DNA from: Mobula hypostoma
Lineage: Eukaryota
DNA: 64,000 bases
Direction: 5' to 3'
NCBI RefSeq assembly: GCF_963921235.1
Contig: NW_026948136.1
Span: forward strand, 558,001-622,000
Each line of letters begins with the position of its first letter. Within the stretch, counting starts at the first letter, position 1. Under the pieces are notes generated by a model. That model did no database searches. It had not been told where the DNA came from and saw only the letters and a program-made list of their open reading frames with translations. The position numbers and the translations under genes are program-made. Below are positions 47,986 to 60,899 of this stretch, piece by piece.

Positions 47986-49620
47986 TCAGAGCAGGTGAAT
48001 GGCCTCTCCCGTATGAACTCTTTGGTGTTTCTGCAGGTTGGATAACTGAGTAAAACTCTTCCCACATTCAGAGCAGGTGAATGGTCTCTCCCTGGTATGA
48101 ACCCGCTGGTGTGCTTTCAGATTAATTAATTGAGTGAATCCCTTCCCACATTCAGAGCAGGTGAATGGCCTCTCCCCAGAGTGAACTCGCTGATGTGCTT
48201 TCAGATTAATTAATTGAGTGAATCCCTTCCCACATTCAATGCAGGTGAACGGTCTCTCCCCAGAGTGAACGCGCTGGTGTCTCACTACAGTCGATGAGTT
48301 AGTGAATGTCTTCCCACATTCAGAGCAGGTGAACGGTCTGTCTCCCGTGTGAATGCGCTGGTGGGCTTGAAGATGAGATAATCGAGTGAATCCCTTCCCA
48401 CATTCAGTGCAAGTGAACGGCCTCTCCCCAGAGTGAACTCGCTGGTGCTTCATCAGATTGGATGAGTTACTGAATGTTTTCCCACACTCGGAGCAGGTGA
48501 ACGGCCTCTCCCCAGTGTGAACACGCTGGTGGGCTTGCAGATTAGATAATTGAGTGAATCCCTTCCCACACTCGGAGCAGGTGAACGGCCTCTCCCCAGA
48601 GTGAACACGTTGATGCATCATCAGGTTGGATGAGTTACTGAATTTCTTCCCACATTCAGAGCAGGTGAATGGTTTCTCCCCAGTGTGAACTCGCTGGTGT
48701 TTCTGCAGGTTGGATAACTGAGTAAAACTCTTCCCACATTCTGAGCAGCTGAACAGTCTCTTCCCAGTGTGAACCGTTTGGTGTGTCTCTAGCTGGCCTG
48801 AATTAATGAATCCCTTCCCACATTCAGAGCACGAAAATGGCCTCTCCTCAGTGTGCACACGTTGGTGCATTATCAGGTTGGATGAGTTACTGAACCTCTT
48901 CCCACAATCTGAGCAGACAAATGGTCTCTCTCCAGTGTGAACTCGCTGGTGTGCCTGCAGGTGAGATAATTGAGTGAACCCTTTCCCACATTCAGAGCAG
49001 GTGAATGGTCTCTCCCCAGAGTGAACGCGCTGGTGGTTCATCAGGTTGGACGAGTAATTGAAGCCCTTCCCACACTCGGAGCAGGTGAAAGGTCTCTCCC
49101 CAGTGTGAACTCGCTGGTGTGCTCGTAGATTAGATAATTGAGTGAATCCCTTCCCACATTGAGAGCAGGTGAATGGTCTCTCCCCAGAGTGAACACGCTG
49201 GTGGTCCATCAGGCTGGACGAGTTACTGAATTTTTTCCCACATTCAGAACAGGTGAACGGTCTCTCCCCAGTGTGAACTCGCTGGTGTTTCTGCAAATTA
49301 GATGACTGTGTGAACCTCTTCCCACAATCTGAGCAGATGAATGGTCTCTCCCCAGTGTGAACAGACTGGTGTGTCTGTAGGTGGCTTGACTGAATGAATC
49401 CCTTCCCACATTCAGGGCAGGTGAATGGTCTCTCTCCAGTGTGAACTCGCTGGTGTTTCTGAAGGTTGGACAACTGAGTAAATCCCTTCCCGCAATCTGA
49501 ACAGGTGAATGGTCTCTCTCCAGTATGAACTGACTGGTGTGTGTGCAGGTGGCTGGACTGAGTGAATCCCCTCCCACAATCTGAGCACGTGAACGGTCTC
49601 TCCCCCGAGTGACTCATCAT
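47986..49620 (-). CDS. Tandem C2H2 zinc-finger protein, 19 fingers, 544 aa, no effector domain seen
   Basis: 19 intact fingers; ends in a frameshifted linker (TGEAIHLL*). Confidence 0.92.
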   Translation of the reverse strand: MMSHSGERPFTCSDCGRGFTQSSHLHTHQSVHTGERPFTCSDCGKGFTQLSNLQKHQRVHTGERPFTCPECGKGFIQSSHLQTHQSVHTGERPFICSDCGKRFTQSSNLQKHQRVHTGERPFTCSECGKKFSNSSSLMDHQRVHSGERPFTCSQCGKGFTQLSNLRAHQRVHTGERPFTCSECGKGFNYSSNLMNHQRVHSGERPFTCSECGKGFTQLSHLQAHQRVHTGERPFVCSDCGKRFSNSSNLIMHQRVHTEERPFSCSECGKGFINSGQLETHQTVHTGKRLFSCSECGKSFTQLSNLQKHQRVHTGEKPFTCSECGKKFSNSSNLMMHQRVHSGERPFTCSECGKGFTQLSNLQAHQRVHTGERPFTCSECGKTFSNSSNLMKHQRVHSGERPFTCTECGKGFTRLSHLQAHQRIHTGDRPFTCSECGKTFTNSSTVVRHQRVHSGERPFTCIECGKGFTQLINLKAHQRVHSGERPFTCSECGKGFTQLINLKAHQRVHTRERPFTCSECGKSFTQLSNLQKHQRVHTGEAIHLL

Positions 49621-50373
49621 GTGTGATCAGTGACTGAACCCCTTCCCACACACAGAACTCACTGATTGCTCCACGGATGGACTGAGTATGTGAAACTCTT
49701 CATACAGAGAATGTGAACAGCCTCTCACTGGTGTGAAATTTTTGATGTGTCTTCAGCATGGATGAGAGTATGAATCACATTCCAGTTAGAACAGGTGAAC
49801 TGTTTAACTATGGTATGAACTCAGTGTTGTACCTGGATGACTGAGTATATCCCCTCTTAGATGGCAGAGCAGGTGAATGGCCTTTGCACAGTATGAAGTC
49901 ACTGGTGTGACTGTGGGTGGGCTGAGTGAAAGAATCCCTTCCCACGCGAAGAACAAGTAACTGATATCGCCCTGCTGTTAATTCATAAAGTTAGATGTCA
50001 GATGTAGTGAATCCTCACACAATCAATGAAGAAGTGATCTCGAGTGAACCAGTCTGTTGTGTTCTCAGCACCCCGGTTCCAATGGATTTCACTGACAGTC
50101 AACAACTGATACACTGGTGGTACAAAGGAAATATCTGTCTTCTTCGTCAATAACTGGACACTTTACCAGGTTTAACTCAAGGTGGTTTATCCAAATCTCA
50201 GAGAGCAAGTGAACCTATATGTTTGGATTCTACTTGCTGCGATTGGTGTGCTGTCCTCTTCAGCTTCGCTTCCTCCACATTCACAGGTGAAAGGTATTCA
50301 AGTGGTGGCAAATAGGGCAGATCATATTGCTGTGTTTGAGATTGCCGTACACAAATCCTTTGCATTTTCTGTC
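49621..50373 (-). other. 5' part of ZNF unit 2 last exon (acceptor, spacer frame, decayed fingers)
   Basis: TTCTAAATCTTTTTACAG|GACAG; spacer GQKMQRICVRQSQTQQY..PVNVEEAKLKRTAHQSQQVESKH matches unit 1. Confidence 0.7.
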
Positions 50374-50547
50374 CTGTAAAAAGATTTAGAAAAGACATCA
50401 ATGGGTGAAGGTCAGCATTTCAGATGAGACATTTCTGTCTGTCTTCAGTTGTCACTTAGCTCAGTTTGTCTCTCTCCATCAGTAGAACTTTAAAGTTCTG
50501 GGCATGTTGCACTGTCGTACTAGGAGCACGTAATATTTGTAGGACTC

Positions 50548-51460
50548 AGCCACACACACACACAGAACATGGAGGAACTGAGCAGGCCAGGAGATGTCTA
50601 TGGAAAAGAGTAAATCGTGGGCATTTCGGGTTAAGACACTTCATTAGGACTGGAAAGGAAAGGGTATAAATCAGAATAAGAAGGTGGGAGGAGGGGAGGA
50701 AGAAGTACAAGGGGGCAGGTTGACAAGGCTTTAAGGGGATTCTCAGTTTCCTGTAAATAATGGTTAAGGTTGAATCTGTGTATTCTGGTTTGAGAATAGC
50801 TGCAGCATGTCTGAGCAGCTGTTCTTTGGGGTGAGATAAGGATTAAAAGCTCACACAGACCCACAAGAGGATATCTCCTGACTTTTCACACCTTTTTGGT
50901 TTCGACAAAAAGTGGAGATAAGGCAGGGCATTCCTTTCATTTCAGTAGAGTCTCCTATCTAAATTATTAAGTTCTGCTCTATTTGAGTAGCTGGAATATG
51001 TGTTGATCTGACTGTTCTTTTGTATTAAGATGTTAAAGGATCAATCTGTCCTGCTAACATGTAAATGCTGAGTGTCCAGACAAGGACATGCAGGATGTGA
51101 GAATTAATTATACTCTGTTCTCTGTTTACCTCTGCCTGATGTGATTAAGTATTCTTTCTCGTACATTTACCTCAGTTTTAGGTGATTAAGTGGCCTTTGT
51201 CTTGGACTATCACTGTTGCTAGTCTTTCATGACAAAGACAGTATAAAAAACTCTGTACCTCTGTGCTTCGGGAGAGAGACTTCCATGGCTGGCTCTCTGT
51301 GAGTGCAGAAGGAAGGTTCTCTCTCGTAGCTTGCTACTAATAGAGGTGGAAAAGAATCAACTGTGTTTCATTACATCAGGTTGATCACCGTTGACAAGGT
51401 GAAAGGTGAAACCGGGAGAGGGGGAGGGGTGAAGTTGATTGCTGAAAGAGTTAAAGGCCG
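50548..51460 (-). mobile_element. Penelope pLTR fragment split by a solo LTR
   Basis: Reverse complement of the pLTR seen at ~18100-18330. Confidence 0.75.
50721..51396 (+). mobile_element. Solo LTR with 4-bp TSD AGGT
   Basis: TGACAAGG...CGTTGACA termini, TATAAAA near 51242, AGGT at 50717-50720 and 51397-51400. Confidence 0.78.
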
Positions 51461-51462
51461 GA

Positions 51463-52620
51463 GAATCGGAATCAGAGTGACAATTAGGATTAATATCACT
51501 GGCACATGTTGTGAAATTTGTTAACTTTATGGAAGCTGTACAATAAATGTCCTGATTAAATACTGTAACTATAGAGAACAAACAAAAAACTGAGTTACAT
51601 TAGGTTTATATATGTCTATTATATGGTTAAGTCAAAATAAGGGTAGTGCAAAAAACAGAAATAAAAGGTAGTGAGGTAGTGTTCATGGGTTCAATGTCCA
51701 TTTGGAAATTGTATGGCAGAGGGGAAGAAAGTGTTCCTGAATTGCTGAGTGTGTGTCTTCGGGCTTCCGTACCTCCTTCCTGGTGATAACAGTGTGAAGA
51801 GGGCACATCCTAGGTGATGGAGATTCTTAATGATGGATGCTGCCTTCCTAAAGAAGTGCTCCTTGAAGGTTTCTTGCATATTATGGAGGCTAGTACCCAT
51901 GATTGAGCTGACTAAGTTTACAAGTTTCTGCAACTTACTTTCATCTTGTGTAGTAACACTTCCCCCCCCGCCATCCGCCCCATGACCCACCATACCATCT
52001 GGTGATGTAGCCAGTCAGAATGCTCTCCACAGTCCATTTGTTGAGGCTTATTACAGAGATCAGTTGACAAACCAATTCTCCTCAAACTGCTAACAAAATA
52101 TAGCCACTGTCTTGCCTTCTTTACAGCTGCATTCCACATACTGTGGCCAGGTTAGATTCTCCAAGATCTTAACACCCAGGAACTTGAAACTGCTCACTCT
52201 CGCCACTTCTGATCCCTCCATAAGGATTGGTTCATGCTCCCTCGCCTGACCCTTCCTGAAGTCCACAATCAGTTCTTTGGTCTTAATGACGTTGAGTGCC
52301 AGGTTGTTGCTGCAGCACCACTCCGCCAGCTGCTGCACGCCCTCTTATCACCATCTGAGACTCTGCCAACAATGGTTGTGTCAATAGCAAATTTACCGAT
52401 GCCATTTGAGCTAACCCCAACCACACAGTCATGGGTGTATTGAGAGTACAGCAGTGGGCTAAGCACAGATCCCTGTGGTGCACCAGTGTTGATTGTCAGC
52501 GAGGTGGAGATGCTGTTCCCAATCTACACAGATTGTAGTCTACCACTCAGGAAGATGAGGATCTAGTTGCAGAGGGAGGTACAGAGCACTGGTCTCTGTA
52601 ACTTTTCAATAAGGTGTATT
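51463..52620 (-). mobile_element. Rex1/Babar 3' fragment
   Basis: [55 protein letters not shown]. Confidence 0.9.
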
Positions 52621-52639
52621 TTGACAATCTATTCTGCAC

Positions 52640-53118
52640 ACACCTATTTGAATCCGATAGGAGGAACAGAGAGGGAATCTGATATGAGAGGACAGAAGAC
52701 CATGGAAGAAAGGGAAGGGGGAGGAGCACCAGAGGGTGTTGATGGGCAGGTAAGGAGAGAAGATGAAAGAGGGGAACAAGAATGGGGAATGGTGAGGAAA
52801 GGGGGAATGAAATTACCAGAAGTTTGGAAAACTGATGTCCATGCTATCAGGTTGGAGGCTACCCAGGTGGAATATAAGGCGTTGATCCTCCAACCTGAGT
52901 GTGGCCTCATTGTGGAAGTTGAGGAAGCCATGGATTGACATGTCGGAATGGGGAGTAGAATTGAAATAGTTGTCTACCGGGGAAGTCCACTTTTGTGGCA
53001 GATAGAGCAACGAAGCGGTCTCCCAGTCTACGTCGGGTCTCACCGATATACAGGAGCCCACCGGAAACTGAGTACCTCCAGAATCTTGTGGGTGTTGCTT
53101 TGGATTTCCAGCATCTAC
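52640..53118 (-). mobile_element. Penelope 3' fragment with a short inverted pLTR piece
   Basis: NEATLRLEDQRLIFHLGSLQPDSMDI on minus; plus-strand pLTR tail ~53068-53118. Confidence 0.8.
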
Positions 53119-53124
53119 AGATTT

Positions 53125-53330
53125 CCTCTAGAACTAGAAAAACTCATACTCTCTGGAAAGATTGAGGGGAGTAAACCTAGAGGAAGACCTCGGATTATGT
53201 ACATCAAAAGCATAGCCAGGTGGCTACACATCGAGGAAATGGAAGTCATCCAAAAAATGTAGGATAGATCTCTATGGAAGACCATGGTCACCAAAGTCCA
53301 CATCAGATATGGTACCTAAACAGACGGATA
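53125..53330 (+). mobile_element. RTE-clade 3' end
   Basis: LEKLILSGKIEGSKPRGRPR. Confidence 0.8.
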
Positions 53331-54249
53331 GCTTGGTATTTTTAGGACTGCTCCCTGTAGACTTCCTAATTACTCTGACTACCTCACTAGGTAATTAACA
53401 GTGGTGAAGACATCAACATCCACCCTATTAAATATGAAGGGGAGATGATCAGACTTTCTCACTGTAAATGGTTATTATTTTTTGTTTCGTGATACAGCAA
53501 GGAGTGGGCCTATTCAGCCCTTTGAGCATGCTGCCATAGCAACCCACAACCCCAATTAACCATAACATAATCTCAGGACAATTTACATTCCCAATTAACC
53601 TACCCAGTATTCCTAAAGACTGTGGGAGGAAATGGGAGCAATTGGGGAAAAGCCATTCATTCCACTGGAGGATGTATGGAGACTCCTTATGGAACGGTGT
53701 CGGAATTAAACTGCGAGTCTGGAACACCCCAAGCTGTAACAGTGTTGTGTCCATATGTGACACTTTGTGATCTCAATGCTTTGTTAGCCAGGACAAAGGT
53801 GTTTGAGATCATTATGTACCCAGAGAGAATAGCACACCACATGTTCTCACAGGTAAGATAGTCCAAATCAAGAGGAGATAGAACAAAGGTGATTTTCTAA
53901 AGAACTAAAGCTGATGCAAGGAATTTGTTTATTTTTCTCTATGCACCACTAATTGGCATCTGAATTCACTGGACAACAGGCCAAGTAAGTTCTTTAAGGC
54001 CTCAGTGTCATTAAGCACGTTAGCTACCAAGACTGGGACATCATCGGGTTCTGGACATCGGACTTGATCTCAATGTTTGCTAATGTATTTGCCTGATCGG
54101 GGCCTTAGATCTCCTTGCGGGATCAACTTAGAATTATAGTTTTTGATCCAAGTTCCAAATTCTTGGCTTTGGATAGCTGAATCTCAGCAGTGTCTGCGAG
54201 CTTTTGTTTCAGAGGCAGATCTCAATGATTTGCTGTACCAAGACTTGGC

Positions 54250-55927
54250 CAGACAAAGCAATTAGACCTGAAGTTTTTATGATTTTCAGAGTGGATTGAA
54301 CCGTGAACTCTGGTAGAGAAAGGGTAGTGGCGTGTGCAGTTTAGTCAACACTCTTTGGCGTATTGACTTGGGGGTTTCGTTGACTGCTTGTTCCCCTGAC
54401 TTAGAACACCTAACAATGAAATGTAGACCATTTGATTTGCCTCAGGAGTTCTCATCTGACTGCAGTTTATCTACCACCAGTGGCTGACTACAAGCAAGCA
54501 CTCAGAACACTGCTTAATGCCATCTGAAGGCAGAAACAGCTCATCTTGACACATCTCAAACTATTGTCGACGCCTTCAACCAGACCTGCTTGAAGAAAAC
54601 CCTGCCCAGTTATCACCAGCACATAACCTGTTGCACCAGAGGTCCCAACACACTAGACCACTGCTACACTACGATAATGAATACCTATCATTCCCTTCAC
54701 AGACCACATTTTGGCAAACTGGACCATTTGGCTGCACTCCTGCTACCTGCTATAAACAAGAGCCTAAAAAGTAAGGCACCAGAGATTAAGACAACAAAGA
54801 GGTGGTCACGGGAGGCAGAGAAAAGGTTACAGGATTGCTTTGAATCAGTGGACCGGGCCATGTTCAAGCACTCATTTGTAGATCTGAATGAATACACCAG
54901 GTTGTAACAGACTTTATTAGAACTGCCGTAGTTGAGTGTGTCTGCATGAAATCACTCAGGGTCTTCCCCAAACAGGAGCCCTGAAACCTGGAATTTGTTG
55001 AGAAGCAGATCGGAGGTATTCAAGTCTAGATATCAAGAGTACTACAAGTGGTACAGATATGATCTCCAGAAAACCATCTCATGAGTGGACTGCAGATTCC
55101 GGACTGGAATCAACGAGGGATGCTTGACAGCCGTGGAAGGGTTTGAATGCCATACAAAGTTAAACCAAGTGATATAGGGAACAGCAGAGCTTCACTTCCA
55201 GAGGAACTCAATGCCTTCTATGCTTGCTTTGACCACCACCACAGGGAGGAGCCATCGCACATCTCCTCATCTGCAAATGATCCTTTTGGTCTCGGTATCG
55301 GAAGGTGACGTGCGGGCAGCCTCCAGGAGAGTGAATCCAAGGAAAGCATCCAGTCCGCATGGAGTTCCTGGCCAAGTACTGAAGACCTGTGATGAGGAAC
55401 TGGCTGGTGATTTCACAGATATCATCAACCTCTCGCTCTGGCAGTGTGAGGTACCCAGCTGCTTCAAGTAGGCTTCACTCATACCAGTGCCCAAGAAGAA
55501 CGTGGTGACCTGTCTCAAAGACTATTGCACAGGTGCTCCTATATCCATAGTGCAGAAGTGTTTTGAGAAGCTGGTGTTGAAGCACATCAGCTCTTGCCTG
55601 CATGGTGACCTGGTTCAGCTCCAATTTATCTATGAAACTCTGTCTTAGGAAAGCAGCACCGATCACCCGAGCTCCTCAGGTCACAATCTCTTCTCCCCCA
55701 CAACCAATGATCTCACTCTACGGCCTATCTTGTTACTTCATACCTTATATTTATCGCTACTTATTTCAACAGTTTGTTGTCTTCAAACCTCTTGCTCTGT
55801 CACTGATCCTGTTTACAGTTACTATTCTATAGATCGCAGACTGTGCCCGCAGTAAAAAAAGAATCTCAGGTATGGTGTGTGTATGGTGGTATGTACGTAC
55901 TTTGATACATCTTACTTTGAACTTTGT
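54250..55927 (+). mobile_element. Rex1/Babar LINE (internally deleted) in ZNF unit 2 intron 1
   Basis: TRGPNTLDHCY, PHFGKLDH, LQDCFESVD, VNPRKASSPHGVPG; CTTTGAACTTTG tail. Confidence 0.88.
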
Positions 55928-55929
55928 CA

Positions 55930-56460
55930 TCCACCGGCTCCCATTCGCTCCGTCTGCGCTTCCAAACACGCCCTGCGGATTGGCGGAGAAAGCGCTGGAA
56001 ATATCCGCTACGGCTGCCTCCAAACTCGGAAACCTATCTACTCATCTCCCGATTCTGATCCCAGGGAGACGAACGCACAGCAGAAATGGCGCTAGCAACT
56101 TTGTTTATCAGCCAGACATTCCCCGGGGCCAGGGTGCTGGTCACGGGCAGCGAGAGAGAGGGGTGGGGGGAAGAGCTGGACAGTCCCAGAGTGTAGAGAC
56201 ACTGTGTTTTCTGAATAGCTTGTACCTCACTCGGACACCTCCACCCTCAACCCCGCTCCTACCTGCCGCTGAACCTCCGGAACCTGTCCTCTATTGTGCG
56301 CATGCGCAGTCTTCGGCCCAACCTGCTCCTCTCAGCGCCTGCGCACTCGGCCCGCAATTCCCCGACGGCAAATTCCGAAGTGCAGAGATTTCTGGAAAAG
56401 TACCATTGGAAATGTCTGCTCACCTCTGCAATATGTCTTAAATCCAGTCAACTTCTTTTT
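55930..56460 (-). promoter_or_regulatory. CpG-island promoter and first exon of ZNF unit 2
   Basis: TGCGCATGCGCA 56297-56308, YY1 core near 56084, donor-like site ending at 56226; paralogous to 26400-26800. Confidence 0.75.
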
Positions 56461-57107
56461 CATGTGCTGAGGGAGCTGGAGGTGGGGAGAGGGTTAATTT
56501 GGAAGGGGGTGCAGCGAGATTACAGAGGAGAGATCGGTCCTAGGGCGATGGGGTCAATGGAGACGGAGGCTCGTTGACTATTGAATGGTGAAGGGCAGGT
56601 CCCGGTGGGGGCGAATTGGGTGTGAGGGGCATGATGTTAATTAGTGGGGTGAGGACAGGTCCCAGGGGTGGTGAGACGAGCGGAGCCCCGGGGTATCATT
56701 GTCAACACCAATGACTCATTTTTGGAAGGTGTGATTCCAGGTGTCTGTCTGACTGGAGGATGGAGAGTGAGGCAGCAAAAAAGGCCCCATCATCCTGAAG
56801 TCAGTGGGTTGGGCAGCCGACGGTGGATTTGTTTGGGAGCGAGAGCAGATGCCGTGGGTGTGTGTTCGGGGTGGTGGCTCTGCAGCACAACCGGGCGCGG
56901 GAGGTGACCGCAGAAGGGATGGGGGTTGACTGGGGGTGGGAGGAGTGCCAGCATGACGGGGAAGGGGCCAGCCCAATTGGTGATAGGAGAGCGTAGTTCG
57001 TGAGGAGGTTAGTACGGGGAAATCTTAGTGAATCACCAGGAGAGAGGGGAGATGTTCCGGGGAAGCCAAAGAGGCGACAGAGGTGAGCAGATCCCTGAAG
57101 AATGGAC

Positions 57108-57210
57108 AGTGTGTGTCTTACTGCGCGCGCGTGTGTGTATGTGTGTGTGTCTGTGTGTGTGTGCTTGTGTATGTGTGTGTTTGTGTGTGTGTGTCTGTGT
57201 GTGTGTGTGG
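57108..57210. repeat. (TG)n/(CG)n alternating purine-pyrimidine tract
   Basis: GCGCGCGCGTGTGTG... Confidence 0.9.
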
Positions 57211-57765
57211 GGGGGGGACGGATAGTGTAGGGATTTCTGTGTGAAGCTGGGTTATGACTTCCATCTGTATTCCCCAACTCACGAACTCGTCCTCCTCCTT
57301 CATTTCCTTTCATATCCAAAACCAAGCGACCCTTCCCCACCCCCCCTGTCCTCACACAATACCCACCAACTCCCCTCCCCCAAAACCAGTCACCCACACA
57401 CACACATTCACCCTGTTGGGCGCCAGAAGGATTCACCATGAGATCTTCTGTCAGTCTCATGAACTCCAGAAACTACAGGCCGGTCTGATTCATCTCTTCC
57501 TGCGGGACAATCCAACAACAACCCCCCCCCCACCCACCCACCCAGCTGGTCGAATGAACGAATCCGGGAGACCTTCGTTGTGCTCCCGACCTCACATATC
57601 TCCCATTCCTTAAGCTGGGAGAGCAGCCGTATGCACAATATTCCAGGGACAGTCTTACCAGGACGCTGTGTAGATAGAACAGGACGTCTTTAAACTCCTT
57701 TGCTGCTCTAGTTCTCTCTTTAACGCTATGTCCATGGGTGTAGCTGGTTCTGTAAAGTGTTGGGG

Positions 57766-58165
57766 TACAGAACCGTGCGCGCACCGGTGTGTGACTGTGT
57801 GGGCTGTGTGAACACAGAACCGTGCGCGCTGGTTCGTGACTGTGTGGGCTGTGTGTACACAGAACTGTGCGCGCACCGGTGTGTGGGCTGTGTGTACACA
57901 GAACAATGCGCGCTGGTTCGTGACTGTGTGGGCTGTGTGTACACAGAACCGTGCGCGCTGGTTTGTAACTGTGTGGGCTGTGTGTACACAGAACTGTGCG
58001 CGCACCGGTGTGTGACTGTGTGGGCTGTGTGTACACAGAACTGTGCGCGCACCGGTGTGTGACTGTGTGGGCTGTGTGTACACAGAACTGTGCGCGCACC
58101 GGTGTGTGACTGTGTGGGCTGTGTGTACACAGAACCGTGCGCGCACTGGTTTGTAACTGTGTAGG
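57766..58165. repeat. Minisatellite, 9 units of 38-47 bp
   Basis: Unit ACACAGAACTGTGCGCGCACCGGTGTGTGACTGTGTGGGCTGTGTGT and variants. Confidence 0.95.
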
Positions 58166-59564
58166 CACGGGCTCTCTGTGTTCAGGCATCAAAGTACAGG
58201 AGTTCACATATTATTCCTTTGAAAAGTCTGACATGTGGACGTTCATTAACTCCTGCAAATAACAATACGTGCAAGTATCCTCTCTCAAATCAACACACAA
58301 ATTGCCGGAGGAACTCAGAGGGTCAGACAGCATCTGTGGAGATGAATGAACAGTCGACGTTTCGGGCCGAGACCCTTTTAGTGATTGTTCTTTCTTATCG
58401 GTCTCTGTGTTTTTGATCCCATCCCTTACAACATTGTGGAGGTATGGTTCTGGAGGCGAAGTCAGTGGATATATTCAAGTCGGTGGATGATGGGTCCCAG
58501 GTCAAGGGTGTCAAACGTTGGGTTTGAGGGAGACATATATGAGCCTTGATCGCTCGAAGGAACAGATGGCCTAATTCTGCTCCTATGTTTTGGGGACTTA
58601 TGCCTATCAAGTTGTATTTTCCAACTGATGGAGATTTGTGAAAACAAAAGCTGCTCTTTAATAAGGGATGTTCTGAATTGTGCCACACAGAGAAAGAGAC
58701 ATGTATATTCAGGGTAGGGGATTCACACACAGACACAACCTCACACACACACAACAAAAATGTGGCACAGAATCTGGAGCCACTGGAGAGCGCAAAGAAA
58801 CTCCTTCCCACGACGCTGTGATCTCAGTCTCGGAGGGTGGTGATGGAACATCTTTCAGGCGGGTGAACCCTCGCAAGACGGTGATGATAAACCCAGTTCT
58901 GATTTTCATGGCACTGATGCCATGGGTATGTTTGCTTGTTTGCATGCTGCGGAGAATCTGACAGTGACTTGCCTAAAGCAACACTTGGAGTGGCGTACAC
59001 AACTTTGATCACCTTGATCCAGGATGGATATTCTTAAACGGAAATAATGCAGAAAAAAAATATTTCCGCAGATGTTGCCAGGAGTATATGGCCCGAGTTG
59101 CGGGGAGAGGTTTGCTAAGCCAAAAAATAAAGTCCTTGCCTGTTTAATAAGATTTTCCTTGTAAAAGGTAAGCAAAGCTCCAAGTGCGGCCTCACCAGCA
59201 TCTGATAGGAATGCACCATGACCTCCCACTATGCCCCGACTTACGAAGATCGCCGTTCCAAAGACCTTCTTCACCAAAGTCTTTACCTGTGACTCCATTG
59301 TCAGGGAACCATGTACTCTGTTCGCTCATCAGGGCCCTGCTATGCAGCGTGAAATTTCTACCTGTGTACGACTTTCCAAAATGCAACGTCTTTCTTTTAA
59401 ATGAATGAAATTCCATTTGCTCTGTCTTGACCCTGATAATTTTGCTAAAGTTTGTTCATTGTCCACCATGTCACCTATTTTCATTGGCATGGAACTCACT
59501 GGGGCAGGGTCCTGTGTCCGTGTTGTGTTGCTCTGGGACCTTATAATGAATTAGTATTATATTA

Positions 59565-60150
59565 GATAATTAGATAGATCGATACTTTATTGATCCCAAA
59601 GAAAATTACAGTGTCACAGCAACATTACAAGTGCACAAATATACAAATATTACAAGAGAAGTAACAAATAATAAAGATAAGTTACCTCAAACAGTCCAAT
59701 CGGGATGGGGGTGGGGTAATCACTTGCCCGGCTGTAGGTTGACTCATTATCGAGCCTCATGAGCGAGGGTAAAAATGACCTCATATCACGCTCTTTGGAG
59801 CAGCGCAGTTGTCTTCATCTATTACTAAAAGTGCTCTTCTGTTCAGCCAAGGTGGCATGCAGAGTTTGAGAAACGTGGTCCATAATTGCCAGGATTTTCC
59901 GTAGGGTCCTTTGTTCTACCACAGCCTCCAGAGTGTCCAGTTTGACTCCTAGAACAGAGCCAGCCTTTCTAATCAGTTTATTGAGCCTGATGGCATCACC
60001 CGTTCTGATCCACTATCCGAGCACACTACCAGATAGAAGATTGTACTGGCGACAGCAGACTGGTAGAACATGTGAAGGCAAGGGACCCCAAACTCCTCAG
60101 GAAGTAGAGGCGACTCTGACGCTTCTTGTACAAAGCCTCTGTGTTGGTGC
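59565..60150 (-). mobile_element. Rex1-type 3' end with (TATC)n tail
   Basis: LHMFYQSAVASTIFY; absent from the inverted paralog near 28340. Confidence 0.75.
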
Positions 60151-60899
60151 CACATTCAAACCTGGCATCTTCATGTTCATTGACCCGTATTTACCTGCCT
60201 GACCCTGGCTGCCTGTTTCTTCAATAAAAACACCTTTGACTCCTCTGACAACACCACTCCTCTGCATCGTGCACTGCGATATGTTCCCGATCAAATTCCT
60301 ACAAAGTCCTTAAGGGCGGCTAATATATAATGGCTTGCAAAGTGGAAAGCTATATTTGCAAGCACAGAAGAGAAAGATTTCATCTCTGGCTTCACCGTCT
60401 GAGGCTTCAATCATACAGTTCCCCACGACCAATGCTGTAACCTGCCTCAGTGACGATCGTCCGGCAGTACTGACGTCCACTATGACTCCTGATGAAGTTA
60501 GTCACGAAGCATATCAGCTCCTGAGCTCCTGCTGAGGGGTGACTCGGGTCCGCTACAAGTTGCAAGTCAACAGCTGGTGTCATTTGTTTGTCTCTCCGCT
60601 CGGCTCTGGAACATCTGGACAGTGAAGATGCAGACATCAGGATGGTCTTCATTGACTACAGATGAGCATTTAACACTATCATCCCCTGGAAACTAATCTC
60701 CAGGACTCGGCCTCAATCCCTCCTTGTGCAACTGATCCGCGATTTCCTCTCTCACATCCTCCAGTCAGTAAGGATTGGAGCATCCCCTCCACAATCACCA
60801 TCCACACAGCTGCATCACAGGTCTGTGTGCTAGCCCCTGCTCCACTCGCCTTATATCTTCTGCCACTTTTTTTTCTTCAATTCTCTCCGGGTACACCAG

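Noticed and set aside
57766-58165. CRISPR-like array
   Set aside because: No unique spacers, vertebrate context and no cas genes; it is a minisatellite.
57473-58207. 244-aa His/Cys/Thr-rich ORF and overlapping frames
   Set aside because: Open in several frames only because the repeat lacks stops.
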